The notes under the pieces: generated by a model
Told to the model about the DNA's origin: nothing
What the model saw: only the letters and a program-made list of their open reading frames with translations
The model's database searches: none
Shown: in pieces, positions 30,534-39,145 of the stretch
Layout of the letters: every line of letters begins with the position of its first letter
Position numbering within the stretch: position 1 is the first letter of the stretch
Origin: Patescibacteria group bacterium
GTDB lineage: Bacteria > Patescibacteriota > Minisyncoccia > Phycocordibacterales > JAKFXT01
NCBI GenBank assembly: GCA_021731245.1
Contig: JAKFXT010000008.1
Span: forward strand, 1,045-65,044
Length of the DNA: 64,000 nt
Direction of reading: 5' to 3'
Position numbers and translations under genes: made by a program

Positions 30534-31913
30534 TTATTGCCCACCTATATCAAGTGGTGTTGATAGGGTGGGGGCATTTACTGTTATATTCGCACTCATT
30601 CCAATGGCATTTCTTTCTCCCTTTCTTGTTACTGCTATAAGTCCTACACCTTGCCCCGATTCTGAAATTTGGTCACCCAATTTGGCTACAAATATCCCAG
30701 GCCCACTGATGTTTCCTACGAATCCAATTACTTGCCAAGCGACAAGCTCGGTGACATCTACTTTTTTACCATCTCTCATTACATAAGCTCTGAATTTTAT
30801 AGTACTTCCTTCCTCTACTATAAGTCGGTCACTTGTTTCAATTGTTACCTTGTCGTTAACAGTAACCTCAAGAGTCCTAACTACGGTTTCAGTTTCTGTA
30901 GTTCTTACAGTCTCTGTTTTTATTTCAGTTGTTTCCTTGCTTTCAGTTTTCGTTTCGTCTCTTTCGTAAATAATGTCTTTTTCTTCACCAGTTAATCTTT
31001 CTATTGTTTTTTTCACATCCAATCTTTTACCTTCCAAGAACGCCTTTCTCTTTTCTTCAGTAAGTTCAATAAGTTTTTCTTTTGATTCAGCTTTTTTATC
31101 TTGAAGTCTTGTTTCAATGTCCTTAACTTCGGCATCTACTTCTTTGTGCTTTTCTTTAACTTGTTTTACCCAACTATCTTCTACAATTAGATTTGGTACA
31201 TCAGCAATTTTGTTTGTGAGGAATGCTTTTCTAGGATTTTCTACCGTTCCCGTTTCTGTTGTTGTAGAGGTTTGCTCTTTATTTATATTATTTACGTCTA
31301 CATTATTTATTTCTACATATTTTTTCTCCTCAATTATTATTTCTGCATCAGCTATTTTCTCCTTTGTTTCGGGGTCTAGTGGGGAAACAGCTACTTTGTG
31401 TTCAGAAGTATTTACCCAACTTGTAGTGCCTTTGAAGCCCATACCGAAAGCCGTGCCACGAACTGTGGCCACTGTGTTACTGGTCTTTACCTCCCATTCG
31501 GACTCTGGTGTTGCCAAAGATATAACTTTAGACCAAACACGTCCTACTGTGAGAGTTATTTTTATCAAAATACTTTTGTTACCATCATTTACCTCAATTT
31601 GTGGAATGGTAACTGCAGTTTCTTTATCCATACTCAATATTGAGCCGTCAGGGAAGTGAATTATCGCAGAACTATTTTTGCCAGTTTCAAGAGAAGCTCC
31701 ACTTTCTATAACGTCGCCACTTTTAAGTTGTCTAGATTGTCCTGGGAGCTTAAGAAATAGTGTGCCACGCTCTACTTCTACCCATGCCGTTTTTATAATA
31801 TTACCCTCTACTTTTGCGGGGCTATTATTTTCCGAATTATTATTTTTTAAAGCAAAAAAAGCTCCTCCACCTAGTATTAAAACAGCAATTCCTCCAAGAA
31901 TTAAGTTTTTCAT
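30534..31913 (-). CDS. FecR-domain protein with coiled-coil region and C-terminal Ig-like (Big_2-like) domain
   Basis: TM anchor then FecR-like beta motif (GDVIESGASLETGKNSSAIIHFPDGSILSM), E/K-rich helix, Ig-like C-terminus; directly upstream of CHASE2 cyclase. Confidence 0.55.
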   Translation of the reverse strand: MKNLILGGIAVLILGGGAFFALKNNNSENNSPAKVEGNIIKTAWVEVERGTLFLKLPGQSRQLKSGDVIESGASLETGKNSSAIIHFPDGSILSMDKETAVTIPQIEVNDGNKSILIKITLTVGRVWSKVISLATPESEWEVKTSNTVATVRGTAFGMGFKGTTSWVNTSEHKVAVSPLDPETKEKIADAEIIIEEKKYVEINNVDVNNINKEQTSTTTETGTVENPRKAFLTNKIADVPNLIVEDSWVKQVKEKHKEVDAEVKDIETRLQDKKAESKEKLIELTEEKRKAFLEGKRLDVKKTIERLTGEEKDIIYERDETKTESKETTEIKTETVRTTETETVVRTLEVTVNDKVTIETSDRLIVEEGSTIKFRAYVMRDGKKVDVTELVAWQVIGFVGNISGPGIFVAKLGDQISESGQGVGLIAVTRKGERNAIGMSANITVNAPTLSTPLDIGGQ

Positions 31914-32037
31914 GAATATTATCCTAGCATATGTAACTTCTGTTATACAAAGCGTAACGTCTTTGACTTATTTGTTTTGTAGAAGTAATGTTTTTCCAGA
32001 GCAGTATAAACCAACAAAGGAGCTTGCGATGATGACC

Positions 32038-32403
32038 AAGGTTGTGATTGTTGCGCAAGGAGATCCGCAGAATAAAGAAGCCGACTATTGGCAAATCGCG
32101 CGAAACCTACGCGAGTTGATAGACTCGGTGGATGTCGGCAAAGGTGCACATGAAAGGACTTTCAATGTGCAAATTGTCGGCTCTGAGAAGGATGCTTTAC
32201 TTGAACTTTTGAGCGAGGGCTGCTGGAATGGATGCCTCGTTTTCGTTTCCTCCTACTTCGTTCAACAGGCGGAGATGATTGCCAAGAAGCTCTATCCCAG
32301 GCACAAGGTGCTGGTTTACACTGTCGGCCTTCACCAGGGCTCAGAGCCCCTGCTGATTTCACGGGGTATGCTGGTTCCGGAGAATATCCGCGCTTTTTTC
32401 TGA
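32038..32403 (+). CDS. hypothetical protein in a GC-rich island (ORF-track N-terminal extension from 31678 rejected)
   Basis: RBS AAAGGAG before ATG 32038; TTGACT-17-TAATGT promoter-like at 31963-31991; GC3-rich. Confidence 0.4.
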   Translation, partial: KVVIVAQGDPQNKEADYWQIARNLRELIDSVDVGKGAHERTFNVQIVGSEKDALLELLSEGCWNGCLVFVSSYFVQQAEMIAKKLYPRHKVLVYTVGLHQGSEPLLISRGMLVPENIRAFF

Positions 32404-32430
32404 AGCACACCTATCTTGGAGACGGAAAAT

Positions 32431-32473
32431 AACCGCAGGCACACTCGTGCGCCTGCGGTTGAATTTTTATTTT
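32431..32473 (+). terminator. rho-independent terminator
   Basis: 10-bp stem aaccgcaggc/gcctgcggtt then TTTTTATTTT. Confidence 0.55.
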
Positions 32474-32539
32474 AATTTGCCTAAACACACTATTTATAGT
32501 AGTTTGTATAGGTTTTAATAAACCGAACTAAATTCATAT

Positions 32540-32698
32540 ATGTCTCAAACTAGATTAATCAAATTGGCCTGTGGCACCTGCAAAAGGGTGAACTATTGGA
32601 GCTCAAAAAATAAGAAAAAAGTAGAGCGAAAAATCGAGCTTAAAAAGTATTGCAACTGGTGTAGGAAGAATACGAAACATAAAGAATCTAAGAAGTAG
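32540..32698 (+). CDS. rpmG: 50S ribosomal protein L33 (52 aa, below ORF-track cutoff)
   Basis: hand translation MSQTRLIKLACGTCKRVNYWSSKNKKKVERKIELKKYCNWCRKNTKHKESKK: zinc-ribbon C..C...C..C and L33 consensus; tRNA-Trp follows as in many bacteria. Confidence 0.8.
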   Translation: MSQTRLIKLACGTCKRVNYWSSKNKKKVERKIELKKYCNWCRKNTKHKESKK

Positions 32699-32799
32699 TT
32701 TTCAGTTGTCAGCTTTTAGCTTACAGGTTAAAACTCTTGAGAAAGAACTCTTTTCTCGCTACACTAGCAACTGACAGCTAGCACCTAAAAGCTGTTTCA

Positions 32800-32873
32800 G
32801 GGCCTATAGTTCAGAGGTAGAATTTCTCTCTCCAAAAGAGAAGACCCGGGTTCGATTCCTGGTGGGCCCGCCA
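32800..32873 (+). tRNA. tRNA-Trp (anticodon CCA), CCA encoded
   Basis: acceptor GGGCCTA/TGGGCCC, anticodon stem-loop TCTCT-CTCCAAA-AGAGA, T-arm CCGGGTTCGATTCCTGG. Confidence 0.85.
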
Positions 32874-33058
32874 AACACAGAAAAGATGATACACATCATG
32901 TTTTCTGGTTTGGCGGGAGACGGAGTGATGTTTTGTCATCAGACAAAACCACGAGTCAGGGTCGTGGAATTTTGCGAGAGACGACGAGCAAAATATCCCT
33001 GACCGCCATGCGGGTAATAAAAATGTGAACGAATTCTAATGATGTTAAAATAATAAGA
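32869..33058 (+). other. structured non-coding region (at least four hairpins) immediately 3' of tRNA-Trp; candidate ncRNA or integration scar
   Basis: hairpins gccaaac.cagaaaa/ttttctg.gtttggc, gttttgtc/gacaaaac, ccacg/cgtgg, gtcaggg...ccctgac read directly. Confidence 0.3.
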
Positions 33059-33589
33059 ATGAATTTACTAAAGAATAAAACAATAATAGCAGCGATAATA
33101 ACAGGAATTCTGGGTTTAATAGCTGTTGGGTTAAATATTTATTTTCAAAAACCGACGACTCAGCAAAATCATTCTGGGCCCGGCGATAATGTAGCTAGAG
33201 ATAAAAATTTAAATGTTAACATTCAGCCCGTATCTCAAGATAGATATTTAAATTCTGAGCAGAAATCTTGTATCTTAAAGCAAATTTCTAAATATAATAC
33301 CCAAGATGTATCTATTGAATTGGTAGGATCTGTTAAGCAAATTTCTAATCAAACCGGAGCTGGAATATTTGTTGAACCACCGGATAATGAAACTATAAAT
33401 TACGTAAAGCAGATTGTTAATTTTCTAAAAGAAAATAATTATAAAATTGATGGTCCATATAACGTCGTTTCCTCGTACGATTCTAATGAACCCTTATTTG
33501 AAGGATTGCTAATAAAACAAGATAATGGTGAAGAATCAGTAAAAATCATAGTTGGCAGAAATGATGGTAAGAGTTTTTTGTGTAATTAA
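33059..33589 (+). CDS. hypothetical membrane-anchored protein
   Basis: single N-terminal TM, no recognisable motif. Confidence 0.3.
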   Translation: MNLLKNKTIIAAIITGILGLIAVGLNIYFQKPTTQQNHSGPGDNVARDKNLNVNIQPVSQDRYLNSEQKSCILKQISKYNTQDVSIELVGSVKQISNQTGAGIFVEPPDNETINYVKQIVNFLKENNYKIDGPYNVVSSYDSNEPLFEGLLIKQDNGEESVKIIVGRNDGKSFLCN

Positions 33590-33591
33590 TT

Positions 33592-34479
33592 CTAAACCCA
33601 CCCCACGCTCTTATCCCTCCTAAACCAAGTTCTTTGACGCTTGGCATAATCCCAATTTCCTTTTTCTATTTTTTCTATTAATTCTTTTTTATTTATTTCA
33701 CCCTGTAAGTACTCTGCCAAATATCTATATTCAAGCCCCAACTCTTTCATACGTTTAAAACTTAAACCCCCTTTTCTAAGTCTTTTCGCTTCCGCAATCA
33801 TCCCTGACCTAATTCGCGCGAATAGGCGAATATGAATTCTTTTCTTAAGTTCTGCGTCAGGGAAGTCTAGTCCAATTTTTGTTATTTTGAACTCCTCTGC
33901 TAATTTAGGGTTTTTTATTCCCACGCTGGCTTTGCCGGCGCGGGCTATTTCAATTGCACGAATTAGGCGCACAGGATTTTTGGCATCAATTATTTTGGCT
34001 CGCTTTGGGTTTAATTTTTTTAATATTGTAAAAAGCTCACTTGCAGATTTCTTTGCAAGTTTTTTGCGAAGAGCTTTATTTGCCGGAACATCAGATAATT
34101 CTATTTCTCCAAGTAAAGCAGAAATATAAAAGCCAGTACCACCACAAATTATAGGAGTTCTGCCGTTTCGTACGATATATCGTATGATTTTTGTTCCATC
34201 TTTCACGTAGCGCGCCGCGCTGTAGGCGCGGCGCGGGTCTGCAACACTAAGCAAGTGATGTGGAACCCCCCTCATTTCTTTTTTAGTGATTTTACCTGTC
34301 GCTATATCTAATCCTTTATAAACTTGCCTTGAGTCAGCTGAAATAATTTCACCCCCAACTTTTTTGGCGAGTTTTACGGCATAGTCACTTTTGCCTGTAG
34401 CTGTGGGGCCAACAATGACAAAAATCTCCTTTTTGTGTGTTTTTTGAGAGTTCATCTTAGTATGATAAAATTTTGTCAT
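33592..34479 (-). CDS. miaA: tRNA dimethylallyltransferase
   Basis: P-loop GPTATGKS, ISADSRQVYKGLDIATGK, GVPHHLL motifs. Confidence 0.9.
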   Translation of the reverse strand: MTKFYHTKMNSQKTHKKEIFVIVGPTATGKSDYAVKLAKKVGGEIISADSRQVYKGLDIATGKITKKEMRGVPHHLLSVADPRRAYSAARYVKDGTKIIRYIVRNGRTPIICGGTGFYISALLGEIELSDVPANKALRKKLAKKSASELFTILKKLNPKRAKIIDAKNPVRLIRAIEIARAGKASVGIKNPKLAEEFKITKIGLDFPDAELKKRIHIRLFARIRSGMIAEAKRLRKGGLSFKRMKELGLEYRYLAEYLQGEINKKELIEKIEKGNWDYAKRQRTWFRRDKSVGWV

Positions 34480-34503
34480 TATAGTTAATCAAATTAAATC
34501 ATT

Positions 34504-35124
34504 ATGGCTAAAAATCAACCAAAAGAAAGTGTTATGGCAAAACCGTGTTCTACCCCAATTAAAATAGGGGAGACAATTCCGGAAATAAATTTTGAAATTT
34601 ATGACCCAATTAAAGACCAAGATAGGAAAGCAAAATTGTCAGAATTTCGTGGCAAATGGCTCGTCCTAATGTTTTATCCAGCGGACTTCACATTTGTTTG
34701 CCCGACAGAATTAGAAGAGATGGCGGGTTTGTATGAAGATTTTAAAAAGGAAGGAGCAGAAGTATTAAGCGTCTCAACGGACACCGTCTTCGTGCACAAA
34801 GCATGGCATGACCACTCTGATGCTATTAAGAAAATAAAATATCCTATGGCAGCAGACCCAACAGGTGCATTGAGTAAGGCCTTCGGTACCTACATTGATG
34901 AAGAGGGACTCTCACTTCGCGGAACATTCATTATTGATCCAAAAGGAGAATTAAAAGGTATAGAAATAACTCACAATGATATTGGTAGAAAAGCAGCAGA
35001 GACTCTTAGAAAAATGCGCGCAGCAAAGTTTGTCGCAACAAACCCAGGCAAGGTGTGTCCTGCCTCATGGGAACCAGGAGATAAAACTCTTAAACCAGGA
35101 ATGGACCTAGTGGGAAAGATATAA
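34504..35124 (+). CDS. peroxiredoxin (AhpC/TSA family)
   Basis: peroxidatic Cys motif FTFVCPTEL, thioredoxin fold length. Confidence 0.85.
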   Translation: MAKNQPKESVMAKPCSTPIKIGETIPEINFEIYDPIKDQDRKAKLSEFRGKWLVLMFYPADFTFVCPTELEEMAGLYEDFKKEGAEVLSVSTDTVFVHKAWHDHSDAIKKIKYPMAADPTGALSKAFGTYIDEEGLSLRGTFIIDPKGELKGIEITHNDIGRKAAETLRKMRAAKFVATNPGKVCPASWEPGDKTLKPGMDLVGKI

Positions 35125-35332
35125 ATAAAATAAACGAAGCCCGACACAAGTCGGGCTTTAAGTTTCTTCTCCTTTCTTTTGTGTGTAGCGTGGCGGATAG
35201 AGTCGCTCTAATTCTTCAGGGGTCAAATCTTTTTTTGGCTTGGCGCGATTTATTCTTGGTGGCAACAGTTTTGCCATAATAAATTCTGCCAATCGAGCTT
35301 TTATTCCTGGAGGCTTTTTATTTTTCCAAGCG

Positions 35333-35665
35333 CTATCCATTAGGACCTCTCTTTTTAGTCGGATCGGGACACTCGCCGAGTTCCACGATTTTATTCGGCC
35401 ACCAGCAGACCCTAATTTCGCTTCTGCAGGGTAATTCTTCATCTACTACGCATTCGGGTGTCTCACTTCTCGTTTTGTATATTGCGTAGACGTTGGAAGT
35501 GACTTTGAAATCTCTTTTTTCTCCTCTGTATTCCAGTTCAAGAATAAATCTGGACCCGCTCTCTTTTTTTCCTGTTATTGCTACCCAGACGGTTTCCTGG
35601 TGCCCCCCACAGCCAGAAATTGTGGAGGCCGTAAATGCTATGAATAATACAAAGATGCGAAGCAT
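35333..35665 (-). CDS. small hypothetical lipoprotein (lipobox ISGC), GC-enriched
   Basis: signal peptide + lipobox; Cys-rich C-terminus; followed by a ~60-aa basic ORF (MDSAWKNKK...) in another frame. Confidence 0.4.
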   Translation of the reverse strand: MLRIFVLFIAFTASTISGCGGHQETVWVAITGKKESGSRFILELEYRGEKRDFKVTSNVYAIYKTRSETPECVVDEELPCRSEIRVCWWPNKIVELGECPDPTKKRGPNG

Positions 35666-35698
35666 TGTGCCCCCATTAGAAGTTAAAGAACATTACTT

Positions 35699-35779
35699 GT
35701 GCCGGAGGTGAGACTTGAACTCACACCTCTCGCGAGACACGATTTTGAGTCGTGCGCGGCTACCATTACGCCACTCCGG
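35699..35779 (-). tRNA. tRNA-Leu (anticodon CAA), long variable arm
   Basis: acceptor GCCGGAG/CTCCGGC, anticodon stem-loop CACGA-CTCAAAA-TCGTG, T-arm GTGAGTTCAAGTCTCAC. Confidence 0.8.
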
Positions 35780-35855
35780 CAATTAATCACTAAATTACAA
35801 CAATAAACTTATAAACACAATTTGATTTTACACCACCCGTGATAAAATAACTTCA

Positions 35856-36884
35856 ATGTCACAATATTTAGGAGATTCTATTTTTTGGATTGAAATTGAT
35901 AAGGTAGATCCAAATCCATATCAACCCCGTCGAGAATTTGACGAGGTACGTCTTAAAGATTTATCCGAGTCAATCCGCCAATATGGAATCTTGCAACCAA
36001 TTGTTGTTACTAGAAAAGAAGTTGTAAAAGAAGATGGCGGACTACAAAGTCGTTATGAATTAATCGCAGGAGAAAGAAGACTTCGTGCTTCAAAACTTGC
36101 AGGACTTAAAGACATACCCGCAATCATTCGCGCGAACGCAGACGATGCGAGAGTAAAACTAGAACTTGCAATAATTGAGAATTTACAAAGAGAAGATTTA
36201 AACGCGGTGGATAGAGCCCGCGCATTTGAAAGACTGACAAGTGAATTCGGTTTTAAGGCAGGACAAATTGCACAGAAAATAAATAGAAGTCGTGAATATG
36301 TTTCTAATACAATGAGAATTTTGGCATTACCTCCTGAAATGCTGGAAGCTGTTTCAATGGGGAAAATAAGCGAGGGTCACACAAGACCACTTCTCATGCT
36401 TGCAGATAGACCGCAAGAACAGCAGGTGCTTTTTAAAGAAATAATGTATAAGAAATTATCTGTTCGCGAAACAGAAAGTTTGGCTCGACGTGTCGCCTTT
36501 GATAGAGTCCGCAAGAAAGAATATATAGTAGATCCAGAAATAGCAGATTTAGAACAGCAATTTGTAGAATCCCTTGGTACTAGGGTAAAAATAGAAAAAA
36601 GAGATAATGGAGGACAACTTATAATAGATTTTTTTACAGCGGAAGATTTGAAAAATATTTACAACGCTATTAAGACAACTGAAGTAAAAACAGTGGACCA
36701 TATGATGAATAAAGTAATGGGGAGTGTAGATGGTGCGGGGATTGTAGCTGTGCCAAGTTTTACTCCAGGAACTGAAATTCCTGAAACAGAAAATACACAA
36801 AACGAAGTTATAGATGACCGATCAAAAGAAGAAAAAGATTCCACGGACGAAGATCTATACTCTGTAAAGAATTTTTCCATATAA
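35856..36884 (+). CDS. parB: chromosome partitioning protein ParB/Spo0J
   Basis: ParB box ELIAGERRLRASKLAGL, HTH region, C-terminal extension; no parA in window. Confidence 0.85.
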   Translation: MSQYLGDSIFWIEIDKVDPNPYQPRREFDEVRLKDLSESIRQYGILQPIVVTRKEVVKEDGGLQSRYELIAGERRLRASKLAGLKDIPAIIRANADDARVKLELAIIENLQREDLNAVDRARAFERLTSEFGFKAGQIAQKINRSREYVSNTMRILALPPEMLEAVSMGKISEGHTRPLLMLADRPQEQQVLFKEIMYKKLSVRETESLARRVAFDRVRKKEYIVDPEIADLEQQFVESLGTRVKIEKRDNGGQLIIDFFTAEDLKNIYNAIKTTEVKTVDHMMNKVMGSVDGAGIVAVPSFTPGTEIPETENTQNEVIDDRSKEEKDSTDEDLYSVKNFSI

Positions 36885-37082
36885 AAATCAAAAGGGCCGG
36901 TAGAAATTCACCGGCCCCTGGGAATGAAACGAGCTTGCCTAAGGCTCGCCCAGCATTGGTCCCTTTAAATATCCATTGATAGACGCACCCACGGAGGGAA
37001 CGTTTCTCTTTGGAACCCAATGTTGTTATAAGGCACTACAAAACTGCTACTTTCTATTATAGCACCTAGTTTAATTTTGTCA

Positions 37083-37190
37083 AGTTTTTCCTATACCTCC
37101 CAATTTACCCTCGAACTGCCTTGCGCAGTCTGACTGGGACGAGCAGAACAATTCGCCAGGAGGCGAATATGTGTGCAGTTTGGGGGTAAA
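37083..37190 (-). repeat. structured element family copy E (minus strand): CAAACTGCACACATA - hairpin attcgcc/ggcgaat - ...CGCAAGGCAGTTCGAGGG...TGGGAGGTAT
   Basis: ~100 nt homologous to copy A including GGGRGGTAT tail; central hairpin arms compensatorily changed. Confidence 0.4.
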
Positions 37191-37206
37191 TTAAAAAAAG
37201 AATTTT

Positions 37207-38721
37207 CTATAATTTTCCTTCTCCAATTGCGTTCCTAATATGACGCTTAGCCATTGTGGTTTTGGTAATGTCTAGCCATTTTTTATTAGGCTTACTTTTT
37301 TTATTTACTATTATTTCTACAATATCTCCATTGTGTAGCTCTGTATCGAGTGAAACCAACTTACTATTTACTTTGGCGGCTGAAACATGATTACCAATGT
37401 CCGAATGCACCGCGTATGCAAAATCTATTGGACTAGATTCACGAGGTAAATCCATGACGTCTCCTTTTGGGGTAAATACGAATACACGATGAGCGAAGAA
37501 ATCAGTTTTTAAATTTTCTATTAAATCTTCTCCCTCTTTGTCTATATGTTGTGCTTCCCCAAGTTGTTGAATCCATTCTGGAATGGTTAAAGCGTCTTTT
37601 TTACTGACATCATCGCTTTTTCCGCCAAATATTTTTGGTCTATTTGGTAAGAGTCGCATAACCCAAAGTAGATTTGGATTAATACTTTTACCTTTATAAC
37701 CTTCTTTATATGAAAGGTGAGCGGCGATACCAAATTCTGCTTCGCGATGCATTTCTTCTGTACGAATCTGTACTTCTACTATGGATTTATCTCCAGTGAA
37801 AAGAGTTGTATGAAGTGAACGATAACCATTTGGTTTTGGAAAAGACATGAAATCTTTAATGCGTCCTGGTAGAGGTTGCCATTCACCGTGCAATATTCCA
37901 AGAACTTTGTAACAATCGCTTTCAGTTGGCACTATGACCCGTATCGCCAAGATATCGTGCACATTTGCAATTTCTCTTTTGCGCGATAGCTTTTGAAATA
38001 AACTATATATACCTTTAACGCGATAATCTGTCTTGAAATTACGAACACTATTTCTAGCAAGTTCCGATTTTATATTATTTAAAAACTTTTCTAACTTATC
38101 CTCAGCCCCCTTTATTGTTTCTTTAAGTATTTTTACTGTTTTTTTATAATCTTCTGGAAATACATAGCAAAAAGCAAGGTCTTCTAATTCACGATTTAAA
38201 CGTCTCATCCCAAGACGGTGGGCAAGTGGGGCATAAATATACAAAGTCTCTTCTGCAATGCGCTTTTGCTTGTGTTCTGGCACGTGTTGAAGCGTCTGCA
38301 TATTGTGGAGTCGCTCTACCAGCTTAATTATTATTACGCGTATATCTTGAGAGGTGGCTACAAAGAGTTTGCGTAAACTTTCTGTGTGGCGCTCAGCTCC
38401 ATGATATTTAAGTTTTCCTAATTTTGTAACACCCTCAATTAAAAAAAGTATCTCAGGTCCAAATTCCACACCCACTTTTTCCTGACTAGCGTGAGCGTCT
38501 TCTATGACATCGTGGAGAAGCCCGGCCGCTATGGATGTGGCATCCATACTAAGACGGGCCAAGTTTTTAGCAGTTTCAAATAGATGGAGAAAATATGGTT
38601 CACCCGAATAACGCTTGTGGTCTTTGTGCGCTTCTTTTGCAAATTCAAAGGCCTTGGTGACCAAATCAATTTCCTCCTTAGAAGGAGAGTTCATTAAACT
38701 TATAATCTCCTTAATTTCCAT
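37207..38721 (-). CDS. relA: bifunctional (p)ppGpp synthetase/hydrolase, RelA/SpoT family (short form)
   Basis: HD hydrolase domain (HD...LLHDVIED), synthetase domain (RVKGIYSLFQKL..., ILAIRVIV) and TGS domain. Confidence 0.9.
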   Translation of the reverse strand: MEIKEIISLMNSPSKEEIDLVTKAFEFAKEAHKDHKRYSGEPYFLHLFETAKNLARLSMDATSIAAGLLHDVIEDAHASQEKVGVEFGPEILFLIEGVTKLGKLKYHGAERHTESLRKLFVATSQDIRVIIIKLVERLHNMQTLQHVPEHKQKRIAEETLYIYAPLAHRLGMRRLNRELEDLAFCYVFPEDYKKTVKILKETIKGAEDKLEKFLNNIKSELARNSVRNFKTDYRVKGIYSLFQKLSRKREIANVHDILAIRVIVPTESDCYKVLGILHGEWQPLPGRIKDFMSFPKPNGYRSLHTTLFTGDKSIVEVQIRTEEMHREAEFGIAAHLSYKEGYKGKSINPNLLWVMRLLPNRPKIFGGKSDDVSKKDALTIPEWIQQLGEAQHIDKEGEDLIENLKTDFFAHRVFVFTPKGDVMDLPRESSPIDFAYAVHSDIGNHVSAAKVNSKLVSLDTELHNGDIVEIIVNKKSKPNKKWLDITKTTMAKRHIRNAIGEGKL

Positions 38722-38814
38722 CCAATTTATATTAAGGGTTTATTACTATTTTGACAAGTAAATTAATAAATGGTTAAATTTTACTTAGTCCAGTTTCCCC
38801 CCGAAGGAAGGAGT

Positions 38815-39087
38815 ATGTTCGAAGAAAGGATTAAATATCGTCCAGCGTTTTGTCATTGTGGTCTGGTGATGGGCCATCCGGATTGCCACCATTCGCAGGC
38901 TTTCCTGCAGGATCTTCTGGATCGTATGGAGGACCTGTATGAAAGAGGGGGTCTCATGTTTGCCGTTACGGCTTTGCTTGGTGAGCACAGTGAAGACCGC
39001 GTCTACACTCAGGACGAGTTGAATCGGGCGATGGTGTTTGCGGTACGAGCCAAGGCCATTAATTTCAGCTTAACGGTGCCAGGATGA
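38815..39087 (+). CDS. small Cys/His-motif protein (CHCx7HPDCHH) in a GC-rich island
   Basis: AGGAG RBS before ATG 38815; TTGACA-17-TTAAAT promoter-like upstream; terminator 39118-39143 (ggcacc-tgcg-ggtgcc + T8). Confidence 0.4.
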   Translation: MFEERIKYRPAFCHCGLVMGHPDCHHSQAFLQDLLDRMEDLYERGGLMFAVTALLGEHSEDRVYTQDELNRAMVFAVRAKAINFSLTVPG

Positions 39088-39145
39088 ATTTTTTCGGAGG
39101 AGGAGGGAGAAGTACGACGGCACCTGCGGGTGCCGTTTTTTTTAT

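Noticed and set aside
31678-32403. 241-aa version of the GC-rich ORF with a long N-terminal extension
   Set aside because: The extension runs antisense through the FecR gene start and AT-rich promoter DNA; RBS-supported ATG at 32038 is more plausible
32874-33058. Tried to read this tract as SRP (4.5S) RNA because of a GUCAGGG...CCCUGAC helix
   Set aside because: The conserved domain IV loops (GGAA / AGCAGCC) are not present; left as unassigned structured region
35158-35442. 94-aa ORF overlapping the lipoprotein gene by 110 nt
   Set aside because: Only the 3' part (from about 35340, MDSAWKNKK...) is plausibly a separate small basic gene; the overlapping 5' part is likely frame read-through
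36894-36917. Hairpin gggccggt-agaaattc-accggccc after parB as an intrinsic terminator
   Set aside because: No U-tract follows on the plus strand; may be structural or a binding site
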